The notes under the pieces were generated by a model that was not told the DNA's origin, did no database searches, and saw nothing but the letters and a program-made list of their open reading frames with translations. This document shows, one piece after another, positions 1-10,100 of a stretch of 64,000 nucleotides of DNA. The stretch comes from Marsupella aquatica (lineage: Eukaryota; Plantae; Marchantiophyta): contig OZ316898.1 of assembly GCA_973895155.1 (NCBI GenBank), positions 15,344,330-15,408,329 on the forward strand, read 5' to 3'. The translations under genes were made by a program, and so were the position numbers. Position 1 is the first letter of the stretch; each line of letters opens with the position of its first letter.

Positions 1-831
1 ATTAGGATCAGAACCAGGAGCGGCCCTGACACTTAGCTTAGTGGGATTACGGTCCCACTGGTAGGAGCAACACTTGTGCTCCTGCCTTGCTGTACATAGG
101 TAGATTCGGGCAAGTAGATTACTGTTAAGTAGATTAGGCTTACGATGCAAAGAATGGCGGATCCACTACCAGGATAAGTACCTGGGCAGCGGGGAGCTCA
201 GGGCCTCTTCTTTAGCAAGTTTTTAGTTTGCACCAGCCGGGCTGGGATCAAGTAGTACGAGAAGCTCTCGGTTAGTCATACAGTGACCCTTGTGTATATT
301 CATGTTTCCTCATGCCTAAGAGCTGAATAGAGTTGGCCTCACGGCTTAGTTCGCAGAACTTGTGTATGAGATGTACTGTTTGTATGGCAAGTGCATGGTA
401 TGACTCAGTCAGAATGAGTCATTTTGCTATTTGTGTGTCGCATTAACTTGTGTGAAGAGTGCCCACATCAACAGAAGGAAGGAAAGTAAGCAGGGGAGTG
501 AGAGTTGGATGTGTCGAGCTGAGAGAGGTCTTAGCGGCTTAACCAAGCCTATTGGGGATCATTCCGGCGGCGGAATCCAAACATACCTAACAAGACGGAG
601 GGGAAGACAGGGGAAGACAGGGGAAGGCCTATATTAGGCCGGCTACGTATCTCATGACCCGATGAAGGATCTGTCCAGTATATGTGTGTAAAATGTTAAT
701 AGTAGTAGTAGAAGGTTAGCAGCGTCCCATGCCGCTAAGCCGCGGAAACGGCCTCGCCAAGCACGAAACCTGCGGGAATCGACTTGAGCTGGGGGGTTTC
801 TTGGGTTTAGGGAGCCATGGGACGCACCACA
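1..831 (+). repeat. 3' part of the 5' LTR of copy A1 (ends ...GACGCACCACA)
   Basis: Near-identical to 10918-11748; ends in CA just before the PBS. Confidence 0.95.
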
Positions 832-835
832 TTTT

Positions 836-853
836 TGGCGCTAGATGGAGGGG
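836..853 (+). promoter_or_regulatory. Primer-binding site, probably tRNA-Asn(GUU)
   Basis: TGGCGCTAGATGGAGGGG, 4 nt after the LTR end. Complementary, with one mismatch, to the plant tRNA-Asn 3' end as I recall it (...CCCCUCCUUCUAGCGCCA). Same PBS on the - strand at ~48055-48072. Confidence 0.8.
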
Positions 854-900
854 GCATTTCTTAAGCCGTGAGATATGAAGTTAGAACGGAAGCGTAGGTA

Positions 901-3894
901 ATGACTGACCTTACGCCGAGGGAAGAAAGAGTGATTCAACGGGAGAGAGCTCGACTGCAGCAGCTCGCCGGGTGGCATGATACACAGCGACTGAGAGGGG
1001 CAGAAAGAGCTGGTAGCTCCGAAACTGGAAGTGGCGTCGAAGAAGACATACCAGAAGAAGAGTCGGTAAGGAGAAGTGAGTCTCCAACCGACATGGGGGA
1101 ACCAGAGGCACGGCCAGACGAGAGGCCAGGGACCAGATTGAGCCAGCGGTCGCGCATACATTACAAGGCATTTCATGGGAGAGGAGATGAGGATCCGGAC
1201 GAATGGTTGGATGATTTCGAGGGAACCGCTGCAGCAAATGGAGAATCGGCCATCAAGATGCAGATTCTTCCCGGCCTGTTCAAGGGTGAGGCTAGGCCTT
1301 GGTACAGAGCATTAGATGTGGAAGATCAAGCCATCTGGGATATCTTCAAAACACTCTTTGTTAAGGAGTTTCGACCCATTGGAACTTCAGAACTAGCAGT
1401 GCTGAAGTTGGGACAACTTCGGTTCAAGGAGAACAAATCCTTCAGGAAGTTCTTGCAACGCTTTCAGAAACTGGTAAGACGTACAAAGACCAATGCATCT
1501 GAAGGTATGCAACTTCAATGGTTGGTGAATGCTTTGCCACAGAAGATGAGTTTTGCAATTAGGAAGGAGAACCCGGAGACCTTAGCCGAAGCAATTAAGG
1601 ATATTCAATTATACATTAATGCAGATATCACAAGCCGGAAGAAACAGCTTAAGTCTGAGAGTTCCTCATCAGAGGAGGGATCACCCCATAAGAAAAAAGA
1701 TAAGAAGAAGAAACATTCCAAGAAGTCTAGAAGTGATAAGTCAAGCTCGGATAGTGGAAGTAGCAAGAGTGAGTCATCTTCTAGTTCTGAAGAAGAAAAA
1801 ACTAGGAAAAGGAAGGGCAGAAGGAGAGGGAAGACGAAAGTCAAGATGGAGGCTAAGCCACCAGATAACATCGTAGCCCTTACCGAGCAACTTAAGGCTA
1901 TCATTGCAGAGGTAAAACCAAAGAAGAAGGTAGTACAGGAGGATAGCTCTGTATGGTGTGCCTTATGTTATAAAACCGGACACCATAAAGATGCTTGTCC
2001 TAAGCTTAATACTAATCATGTTCGGCATGTGGCCGAGATCAGACCATGTCAGGGAGAAGTAGAGTACTTTTTGGGAGATGCCGCTGATAGTGTTTTCGGC
2101 ATCAGTGAGATTGGAGCACGAGACCTATCCAACAGACCTGCATCTCTGTGGTCAGGGTTAAGGAACAATCCAGGAGAGATGTATCCTCGGATTATTCAGA
2201 ACCCGTCAGTACCTCCTAGGCCGAATGTGCAAAGATTTGCGGCGTGCTATAATTGTGGTCAACCTGGCCATTTTGCTAGAGAATGCCCGAATGCACGCAA
2301 ACAGGGTGATGGACAACCAGCTCAGCTATGTATGGGATGCCGACAGGAAGGTCATATGCTAGGGCAATGTCCTACTTGGTTGGCAGGCCTGGCCGCAAAT
2401 CATAAGCTTTTGCCGATCAAGATCTTACCGCCAGGTACTACCCCCGGAGGAGTTCAAATCAACCACATCGAACTAGGATGGCAAGAGGATGCCGAGGCAG
2501 AGTTCGTACCATCTGATGATGAGGCCGAAGCCCTATCAACCTTCTCAGAGGAGGATTTAGATCATGATTGCTACCGGGTCTCTACTCGATCTACCAGAAG
2601 GAAGGAAAGGTGGGATGGGCTGGCCAAAAATAAAGGGAAGGTTACGGAGGAAAGGATCGACTCTTCGTCAACATCAACAGAAGGAGAAGGGAGGGCTCCG
2701 GCAATACAGGTAAGCCATGAGCCCACCAGTGAAACCAATCCTTCACAAGATAGCGACTTCAATCGAGATCATCCTAAGTTGTTCTACCCCTCTGTTACGG
2801 CTAGTGTTAAGGAACAACTAAGAGAATTAGAAACCCTGGAGAATACCGAAGCCATTGCCAAGGATGTAAAACGAGCAAAAGCATTGTTTGCTTCGGAAGA
2901 CCCAACAGCTGTGGAGACTAGCGTGGAAAAACTGGCCGAATCCAAGACGGAAACACCACCAGAAGAGAAGCCGATTGTTCCCTATGACCTGGCTAAAGAT
3001 GTACTAGAATCTAGAGTCTCGGCAACAGTAGGTCAACTATTGAAAAATAGCCCGTACTTCCGGAAGCAATTAAGGAAGGCTATTCTCGGCAAGCCGAGAT
3101 TACCCAAGGTAGCAACCAGATCCGACGTACTAATGATAGAAGAAGATCAAGGAGCCCCAGCATTACCATTAATGATTCAAGGAGAATTATTACTACGGGT
3201 ACCCATCAATGGAGGATCAGGGGTATGTATTATGATTGATTCAACAGCAAAAGGGTGGGGTCTAACACCGGAGATGACTGGAAGAGTGTTGAACATGGCC
3301 AATGGATATCAGGTCATTCCGACGGGAGTGTTAACCGGCATCAAGACAGAGATAGGAGGTATCTTCTTTAGCATTAACTATGTAGTAATGAAGCCGGTAA
3401 ATCCTACGTCATTCCGGCTATTGATTGGTAGGCCATGGCTGTACCTAGCCGAGGTAATAGAAGATTGGGGTAAAAAGCAGTTCACTTTCGGGACCCCCTC
3501 TATCACGGTATCCTGGGACACTAAGGATGACCGTAGGAAAAGCATAAGGGAAGTAGATGGGTACGATAGTGGACTGGAGTCAGCCGATGAAGTACGTTGG
3601 TTAGAATGCTTCACTAACCTAACCGAAGAAGGTGTCTTTGGACCAGAGGTACCCCCCAGCGGATTATGGCAAGAACCAATGGAAGGTGACTTGGAAGAAG
3701 AAGACGAAGAGGTCGAGGACTGCTTTACAATAGAATCCACCTTTTTAGCTGCAATTCCGGAGGAAGTTAAGGATGTAGACCAATTGGATGAAACGGCTAA
3801 GTGGGGAGCAGTAGCAGGGACAGTGGATTTTCTGCAGGCGTTGTGGCAGAGCCGACGGGGTCCACAACGCCATCGATCATCGGCAAGGAATTAA
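901..3894 (+). CDS. gag: Gag + aspartic protease polyprotein (protease catalytic Asp mutated to Asn in this copy)
   Basis: Retrotransposon gag core (FHGRGDEDPDEWLDDFE...W..F...F) and three CCHC knuckles (CALCYKTGHHKDAC, CYNCGQPGHFAREC, CMGCRQEGHMLGQC). Protease PINGGSG...LLIGRPWL; copy A2 has PIDGGSG. Confidence 0.95.
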   Translation: MTDLTPREERVIQRERARLQQLAGWHDTQRLRGAERAGSSETGSGVEEDIPEEESVRRSESPTDMGEPEARPDERPGTRLSQRSRIHYKAFHGRGDEDPDEWLDDFEGTAAANGESAIKMQILPGLFKGEARPWYRALDVEDQAIWDIFKTLFVKEFRPIGTSELAVLKLGQLRFKENKSFRKFLQRFQKLVRRTKTNASEGMQLQWLVNALPQKMSFAIRKENPETLAEAIKDIQLYINADITSRKKQLKSESSSSEEGSPHKKKDKKKKHSKKSRSDKSSSDSGSSKSESSSSSEEEKTRKRKGRRRGKTKVKMEAKPPDNIVALTEQLKAIIAEVKPKKKVVQEDSSVWCALCYKTGHHKDACPKLNTNHVRHVAEIRPCQGEVEYFLGDAADSVFGISEIGARDLSNRPASLWSGLRNNPGEMYPRIIQNPSVPPRPNVQRFAACYNCGQPGHFARECPNARKQGDGQPAQLCMGCRQEGHMLGQCPTWLAGLAANHKLLPIKILPPGTTPGGVQINHIELGWQEDAEAEFVPSDDEAEALSTFSEEDLDHDCYRVSTRSTRRKERWDGLAKNKGKVTEERIDSSSTSTEGEGRAPAIQVSHEPTSETNPSQDSDFNRDHPKLFYPSVTASVKEQLRELETLENTEAIAKDVKRAKALFASEDPTAVETSVEKLAESKTETPPEEKPIVPYDLAKDVLESRVSATVGQLLKNSPYFRKQLRKAILGKPRLPKVATRSDVLMIEEDQGAPALPLMIQGELLLRVPINGGSGVCIMIDSTAKGWGLTPEMTGRVLNMANGYQVIPTGVLTGIKTEIGGIFFSINYVVMKPVNPTSFRLLIGRPWLYLAEVIEDWGKKQFTFGTPSITVSWDTKDDRRKSIREVDGYDSGLESADEVRWLECFTNLTEEGVFGPEVPPSGLWQEPMEGDLEEEDEEVEDCFTIESTFLAAIPEEVKDVDQLDETAKWGAVAGTVDFLQALWQSRRGPQRHRSSARN

Positions 3895-6800
3895 ATACCA
3901 AGGGATCGGCATACAAGCCGATTACGAGGGCAGAACAAATTGAGGCCCTATTAGAAGCCGAGAGAGCACAGCGACCTAACTCTCAGGAGCAAGAGGTGGA
4001 TGAGATGGACAGACACGATCCAGAGCCAAGGCAGGAAGGGGAGCCGACCACTAATTCAAAACCGAATAGACCGGTAAGGGGACAATCTATGGACACCAAG
4101 GAAGGGACCGACTCGGCTAGTCCAGCCAAGATCCCAGTTTATGGAGGTATGAGATTAGAGAGACTGGAAGCCGAACTGGACCCGAATTTGAAGAAGCAGA
4201 TTAATATGATCCAAGCACGGCAATATCGGAAGCTCGACTTAGGAGAGGGAAGAGAACTGAACTTAGGGAGAAACCTAGCACCTGAGCTCGAGAAAGAGAT
4301 CAGTGACTTATTGATTGAATTTCAGGATGTGTTTGCATGGAGTCACCAAGATCTAAAGGGAGTAGATCCAACACTAGGGGAACATCGAATTGATCTCATG
4401 TTAGGAGCCAAATCATTTCGACAACCAATTCGAAGGATGAACCCGAAGTATTCCCTGCTGGTCAAAACAGAAATCGACAAACTAGTGGAAGCTGGATTCA
4501 TCACTCCAGTCCTGCATTCAGACTGGGTGTCTCCAATTGTGATAGTTCCCAAGAAAGCTGGACCCGATGGTAAACCCAAGATCCGGGTTTGTCAGGATTA
4601 CAGGAAGCTGAATGAAGCAACATTAAAAGACCATTTTCCTTTACCGTTTACTGATATGGTACTAGACATGGTAGCCAGTCATGAACTATATTCATTCATG
4701 GATGGATACTCTGGTTATAACCAAATCAGGATTCGGCAGGAAGACCAAATCAAGACGGCCTTCATCACGGAATGGGGGATCTATGTCTTCAATCGTATGC
4801 CGTTTGGACTCTGCAACGCACCAGCTATGTTCCAACGATTAATGGTGAACATTTTTCATGATTACTTGAGAAAGTTCATGGAAATCTTCATTGATGACTT
4901 TGCAGTATTCGGGAAGGCATCGAAACATGCTAAATACCTCAGGAAAACCTTCATGAGATGTAGGGAGGTGGGTCTCAAGTTACACCCAGATAAATGTTTT
5001 TTTGCAGTAACCGAGGGGGTGCTACTAGGTCACAAGGTATCAAGGAAGGGCATTGAGATTGACAAAGGTAAGCTAGTAGTATGGCTAGATATCATGCAAC
5101 CTAAGAACATAAAGGATGTAAGATCCTTCTTGGGATGCATTGGTTACTATCGCCGGTTCATCAAGGATTTTGCCAAGCTGGCTTTACCATTAACCAATAT
5201 GCTCAAGGCAGGAGCAGACTTCGAACCCACACCCGAACGAGTCACAGCGGTGGTAGAATTGAAGCAGATGTTAGTAGAGGCCCCAGTCATGATAGCACCG
5301 GACTGGAACAAAGATTTTCATGTTTTTGTAGATGTCTCGGGCTTCTGTATTGGCTCAGTACTAAGTCAGTTGGATGAGAAAGGAAGGGACCATCCCATAT
5401 ACTTCGCAAGCCGTCAGCTTGCCGATGCCGAACGGAACTACTCTACCACGGAAAGAGAAGCATTAGGAGTCATTTATTCTTGTAAAAAGTTTAGGCATTA
5501 TTTACTAGGGTACAAGGTAATCTTTCATACTGATCATGAAAGTTTGAAGTACCTAGTCAATAAGCCGGACCTTACAGGCAGAGTAGCAAGATGGATTTTG
5601 CTATTACAGGAGTTTGACTATGAGCTGAGGATCAAGCCAGGAAAGTTACATGCCAATGCCGACTTCTTTTCAAGGATCACAGGTAAACCTGCCACGGATT
5701 GCATCGATGATCGATTCCCCGACGAGGAGCTATTCGTTGTGGAAATAGCTAGTACATGGTACCCTGAGATTTTACAATTTCTCAGCACTTCCAGATTACA
5801 GCCAGGATTAAGCCGAGAGCAAGCCGCAGTCTTTGTGCGGAAGGTCAGACAGTATCAGTGCATTAAAGGCATACTGCACAAGCATGGAATCAACGGCATG
5901 ATTCAAAGGTGTTTGGAGAAGAGAGAGGTAAAACGAGTCCTACGGGCCATGCATGGAGAGGAGGCCGGAGGACATTTTGCCCCAGTAACCACGTCTAAGA
6001 AGATATTAAATGCCGGTTACTGGTGGCCCACCTTGCACAAAGATGTCTATCAGTTTATCAAACAATGCGATCCTTGTCAACGAGCGGGAGGACCAAGGGC
6101 ATCCACCAGGCATCCACTGCACCCTATTCTACCTCTGGCACCATTCGAGAAGTGGGGTATTGATTACATTGGACCTCTGAAACCACTGACCCACCCTCGA
6201 CGGAACAAGTACATAATCCTGGCTACGGATTATGCAACTAAATGGGTAGAGGCCAGACCAACAACGAAGGATGATGCAATTACTACGGCTAGATTCATGT
6301 ATGAGCAGATCTTCACCAGGTATGGAGCACCCCTAGAATTAGTTAGTGATAGAGGAACCCATTTTTTGAATGATATAATTAGTCGTTTAAATGAGCAGTA
6401 TTTAGTTAAACATAGGCCTACTACTCCCTACCATCCAAAGGCAAACGGGTTGACAGAACGAGCAAACGGAATCATAGGAAAGATATTGAACAAGACAGTA
6501 GCTCAGAACAAACTCGATTGGGATGATAAATTGTTTGCTGCTGTTTTTGCTTACAATCTGGCCTATAAATCCACTACCGGTCATACACCCTTCTTCTTAA
6601 CCTTTGGACAAGAAGCCCTGGTACCCATGCAACTTGAGATACCGACATTTCAAGTTACAATTGAGGAAAGAGCCTCAGCGGAGGAGAGCCTAAAGGAGCG
6701 AGAATATAGGTTAGAAGCTTTAGAGGAAGCGAGAATGATTTCAACCGAGAGAGTAGAATATAGACAGAATATCATGAAGCAGCAGTATGATAAAAGGTTA

Positions 6801-7067
6801 AAAGTAGTTAGTATTCATACCGGTGATCTTGTGCTACTTTATGACAGTAGGTATAGTAGGTTTCCAGGAAAGCTTTACACTCGCTGGTTAGGACCCTTTA
6901 GAGTAACCATGATGTTCCCCAATGGCTCCGTACAATTGGCCAACATTACGGGAGAGGTATATCCAGTTCGCATCCATTATGACCGCCTCAAGAAATACTA
7001 TATGGACGAAGATGAAGTTGTTCGCGAGGACGCTTCACAATTAAGTGGGGAGCTATGTGATGCCTAG
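3801..7067 (+). CDS. pol: Pol: reverse transcriptase, RNase H, integrase (reached by frameshift; no true ATG start)
   Basis: RT (VCQDYRKLN, MPFGLCNAPA, FIDD), RNase H (DVSGFCIG, TEREAL, HTDH), integrase HHCC and D-D-E (GIDYIGP, SDRGTHF, NGLTER), GPF motif. No chromodomain and no extra archaeal-type RNase H. Confidence 0.97.
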   Translation: MGSSSRDSGFSAGVVAEPTGSTTPSIIGKELNTKGSAYKPITRAEQIEALLEAERAQRPNSQEQEVDEMDRHDPEPRQEGEPTTNSKPNRPVRGQSMDTKEGTDSASPAKIPVYGGMRLERLEAELDPNLKKQINMIQARQYRKLDLGEGRELNLGRNLAPELEKEISDLLIEFQDVFAWSHQDLKGVDPTLGEHRIDLMLGAKSFRQPIRRMNPKYSLLVKTEIDKLVEAGFITPVLHSDWVSPIVIVPKKAGPDGKPKIRVCQDYRKLNEATLKDHFPLPFTDMVLDMVASHELYSFMDGYSGYNQIRIRQEDQIKTAFITEWGIYVFNRMPFGLCNAPAMFQRLMVNIFHDYLRKFMEIFIDDFAVFGKASKHAKYLRKTFMRCREVGLKLHPDKCFFAVTEGVLLGHKVSRKGIEIDKGKLVVWLDIMQPKNIKDVRSFLGCIGYYRRFIKDFAKLALPLTNMLKAGADFEPTPERVTAVVELKQMLVEAPVMIAPDWNKDFHVFVDVSGFCIGSVLSQLDEKGRDHPIYFASRQLADAERNYSTTEREALGVIYSCKKFRHYLLGYKVIFHTDHESLKYLVNKPDLTGRVARWILLLQEFDYELRIKPGKLHANADFFSRITGKPATDCIDDRFPDEELFVVEIASTWYPEILQFLSTSRLQPGLSREQAAVFVRKVRQYQCIKGILHKHGINGMIQRCLEKREVKRVLRAMHGEEAGGHFAPVTTSKKILNAGYWWPTLHKDVYQFIKQCDPCQRAGGPRASTRHPLHPILPLAPFEKWGIDYIGPLKPLTHPRRNKYIILATDYATKWVEARPTTKDDAITTARFMYEQIFTRYGAPLELVSDRGTHFLNDIISRLNEQYLVKHRPTTPYHPKANGLTERANGIIGKILNKTVAQNKLDWDDKLFAAVFAYNLAYKSTTGHTPFFLTFGQEALVPMQLEIPTFQVTIEERASAEESLKEREYRLEALEEARMISTERVEYRQNIMKQQYDKRLKVVSIHTGDLVLLYDSRYSRFPGKLYTRWLGPFRVTMMFPNGSVQLANITGEVYPVRIHYDRLKKYYMDEDEVVREDASQLSGELCDA
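3825..3884 (+). promoter_or_regulatory. -1 ribosomal frameshift signal (G_GAU_UUU slippery site + H-type pseudoknot)
   Basis: GGATTTT 3825-3831 in the gag frame, then a 5-nt spacer. Stem1 GGCGTTGTGG(3837-46)/CCACAACGCC(3862-71); stem2 GCCGA(3851-55)/TCGGC(3880-84). pol is in the -1 frame. Confidence 0.8.
7043..7052 (+). promoter_or_regulatory. Polypurine tract
   Basis: AAGTGGGGAG, 3 nt upstream of the LTR start TGTGATGCC (7056); lies inside the end of pol. Confidence 0.8.
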
Positions 7068-7170
7068 ACAGGAATCACTCGGCCGGTTAAGTGGGTAAAG
7101 CAGGAAGGCACCCTAGGAACACCTTAGTATAGTGACAAAACCAGGAAAATATAAACAATTAGGGGCAACC

Positions 7171-10100
7171 ATGGAACCCGGGCAGAGGCCGGAGGTAAGG
7201 CTGAGGGTGAAAACCCGATTAGGGTTAGGGCGCGTTAAGCGTCGGCGGCTAGGAAGGATCAACGGGAAGAAGGACCAGCAGAGGAGAGGGGTAAGGAGCG
7301 CTTGCAGGAGATGGTGGCTCATTTGCGAGCACGAACTAGGCAGACGACTACGGGAGGCCAACTACTGTCAGCTGCTTAGGCAAGCACTCGGGGAGAGAGT
7401 AGATACCGACGATCAACCTAAGGAGGGTATGAGCAACGTCAATCAAGCGGCACATTTCTGGGGATGCCTGTTCGAACGGGCAACTGAGTACATCAAGACT
7501 TACGAGGACGAGGAGTCAGAAAGGGCAGCTCGAGAACGGCAAGAGCTCGCTCGATTGTGGGAGCTGCAGAAGACGGCTTTCTTAGGAGGCGAACTCATCA
7601 AGGACGAGTTCCTGTGGACGCCTACTTCCAATCAACTCGACGATCTTCTGTTTTGCAAAGACAGCGTCGTCGGCATCCGAGAGGCCATCAAGAACTGCAA
7701 CGACATACACTGGGAATTAAAGGGTAGCACGGAAAGGTGGACCCAGGCAACGGTGCTAGGAGAAACCTCCACGGCAGCAGAGATGAAGAGGAAGGGAGCC
7801 GTCAACGATGAAGCCACCCCGGCAAAAAGAACGAGGTCGGCGGCACCAAAGAAGCCAGCCGAGCAGCAGAGCAGGAGGCAGGGAGAAGCCGAAGAGGAGG
7901 AGGTCGATCCCATCAAGGCCATTCCAACCAGGGATGACACCTGGAAGGGCTGGGCGGCAACCCTACCGGTGGAGGTGCAACTACATTTTGCACGGGAGGA
8001 GGATGCATGCTTTACGGCCATGCAGACCAAGAAGTACCAAGGCTTCATGGCCGGATCCGGCTTGGAGGCCTTTGTAAGATTACCATGGCTGAAGCCGGAG
8101 GTACCGGAGTCAGACCTATTAGAATTCGTGGGGTCATGGGAACCCGAGACCAATTGCACGAGGATATATGGGAAGGATTTCTATCTTACTCCCAAGGTGA
8201 TTGCCGAAGTGTTTGGCTTGCCGATGGGCAATAAGACCAAAGTTGATACCAGGAAGACCTTGCCTGACAAGGAGTTCCGGTCGTTCCCCGGGCCATCAAC
8301 GAAGAATGGCTTCTTCCGGAACACCTGCACCAACCCGCACATAGGAGAGATGATCGACTTCTTGCGGGTGACCATGCATTGTAACTTGCCGAGGGCAGAG
8401 ATCGGCAAGGCACAGGTCTATCTGGCAGAAAGGCCAGACCCAAGCCGGGACTACAACGGGTACCTCCTCAACCAATTGAAGAAGATCTTAAAGGAGGAGC
8501 AGCAGGTAATCGGCATGGGGAGCGTGTCGCGGCTTGGCTATCACATGCCGCTGTTGTGCCGGTATGCCAGAGGTCAGACTTTTGCCCCGGTACTTCCCCT
8601 GCAGGTAAGGGCACCCGAGGAAGCTCCAACGCCGAGGCCGTTGGCTGAGAAGCCTCAACCACCTGCTAGTCCTACGATCGAGCAGGTGTTTAGGCCCAGG
8701 AAGGAAGACTTGCCGATGCAGCAACCAGGCATGCAGAGTCTGCTGAAACTACTGGAGAAAGAAAAGAAATCGGCATCGGCAACAACAACAACAACAACGG
8801 CAACGGCAACAATGCAGGACACTACTACAGAGGTAGGCCTACACCGGCTCACAAGAGAAAACCCCTTTGCTGGAGACAAGGAGAGAATCAGGCCGGAATC
8901 CAAGCCAGGTGTTCGAATGTACGTGGGAACCTCAAGCTCCAAATCTGAGGCAGAATTGCCTGAAGCTCCTACCGAGGAAGAGGAGAGGGAGAAGCCGGAA
9001 ATCCAAGAGGTAGAGGAGGCAGTGGAGGACTGCAGCCATGATAATTCCGGCTATGGGTCGGACCATTACGTTCCAGGAGTAAGGACCTGTGGCCGGTTTG
9101 TCCCCACACTTCCAAGGGTAGTGCGAGGGGACCCCAACCAGCAGAGTAGCCCTGAGTCTCCCCCACCAGATGTTGCTCCCCCGAGCTTCGACGGCATAAA
9201 ACAGACGGTGCAGGAATTTCAGGAGCGAATCAAGCAGGAGGAAGAGGCCGCCCTGGCTAAGGAAAAGGATTTACCAGGAGGAGATTGGCCGGAGGACATC
9301 AGGCGGCTAGCCGAAAAAGGAAGCAAACCTCTAGCCACGATTGAAGAGATCCGCAGGACGGCTTGGGAGCAGAGGCCACGATGGGCGATGCCGATCACTT
9401 CTACTTACTCCACCTACGCTAAGAATAGAGCCATGGAGTATGGTGAGATGTGTGGGGAACTTGCGCTCGGCATCTTTGGAGAGGAGTTGGAGGTAGGACC
9501 CTTTTTCCATAGGGAGCAGTTGGAGAAGCACCAATTAGAAGAAGCGGTGGCTTTAGAGAGAAGCAAGAAGGACGAGGTCATTCGGCGGCTTAGGAGGATG
9601 GAAGCCGAGATTGAAGATCTAAGGGCGGCCAAGAAAGCCCAAGATGAACTGCGGATTAAACGACATGAGCTGAACATCATGCAGGGGCAGTTGGACGCCG
9701 CGCAGGCTGATAATCAGAATATCAAGGATAAACTGACTCAGACGCAGGAAGAGTTGGCCGACACGATCAAAGAAAGGGAAAAGTGGAAGCAAGAGCTGAA
9801 GAATACAGAGGAGGCCCACATAACAGCCAACAGCCGGGCCATGGCAGAGACCCAAAGAAAGGAATGGGCGTTGAAAGGGGAGCTCGAGAAAATCCGCAGA
9901 GCCCTTGAGCAGAAGGAGGTCGAGTTAGGGAAATCCTATCAAGGGATTATGGCGCTGCAGCAGGAGCTTGCGTCCCTGACGGCCAGCTTCAAGGCCGACC
10001 TAAGGGAGAAGGACGAGATGCTCGAACAGACTTACGCCAAGATGAACCAGATGGAGTCTGTCATCATTGCAGAGCTCGACAAGGAGCTAAGAGCAACCCA

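Noticed and set aside
431-637. 68-aa ORF repeated at 11348
   Set aside because: TTG start, no motif, and interrupted in the A2 LTRs; recurrence just reflects LTR duplication.
7219-7230. TTAGGGTTAGGG telomere-like motif in the LTR
   Set aside because: Only two units; could be chance or a telobox-like promoter motif; no support for telomeric function.
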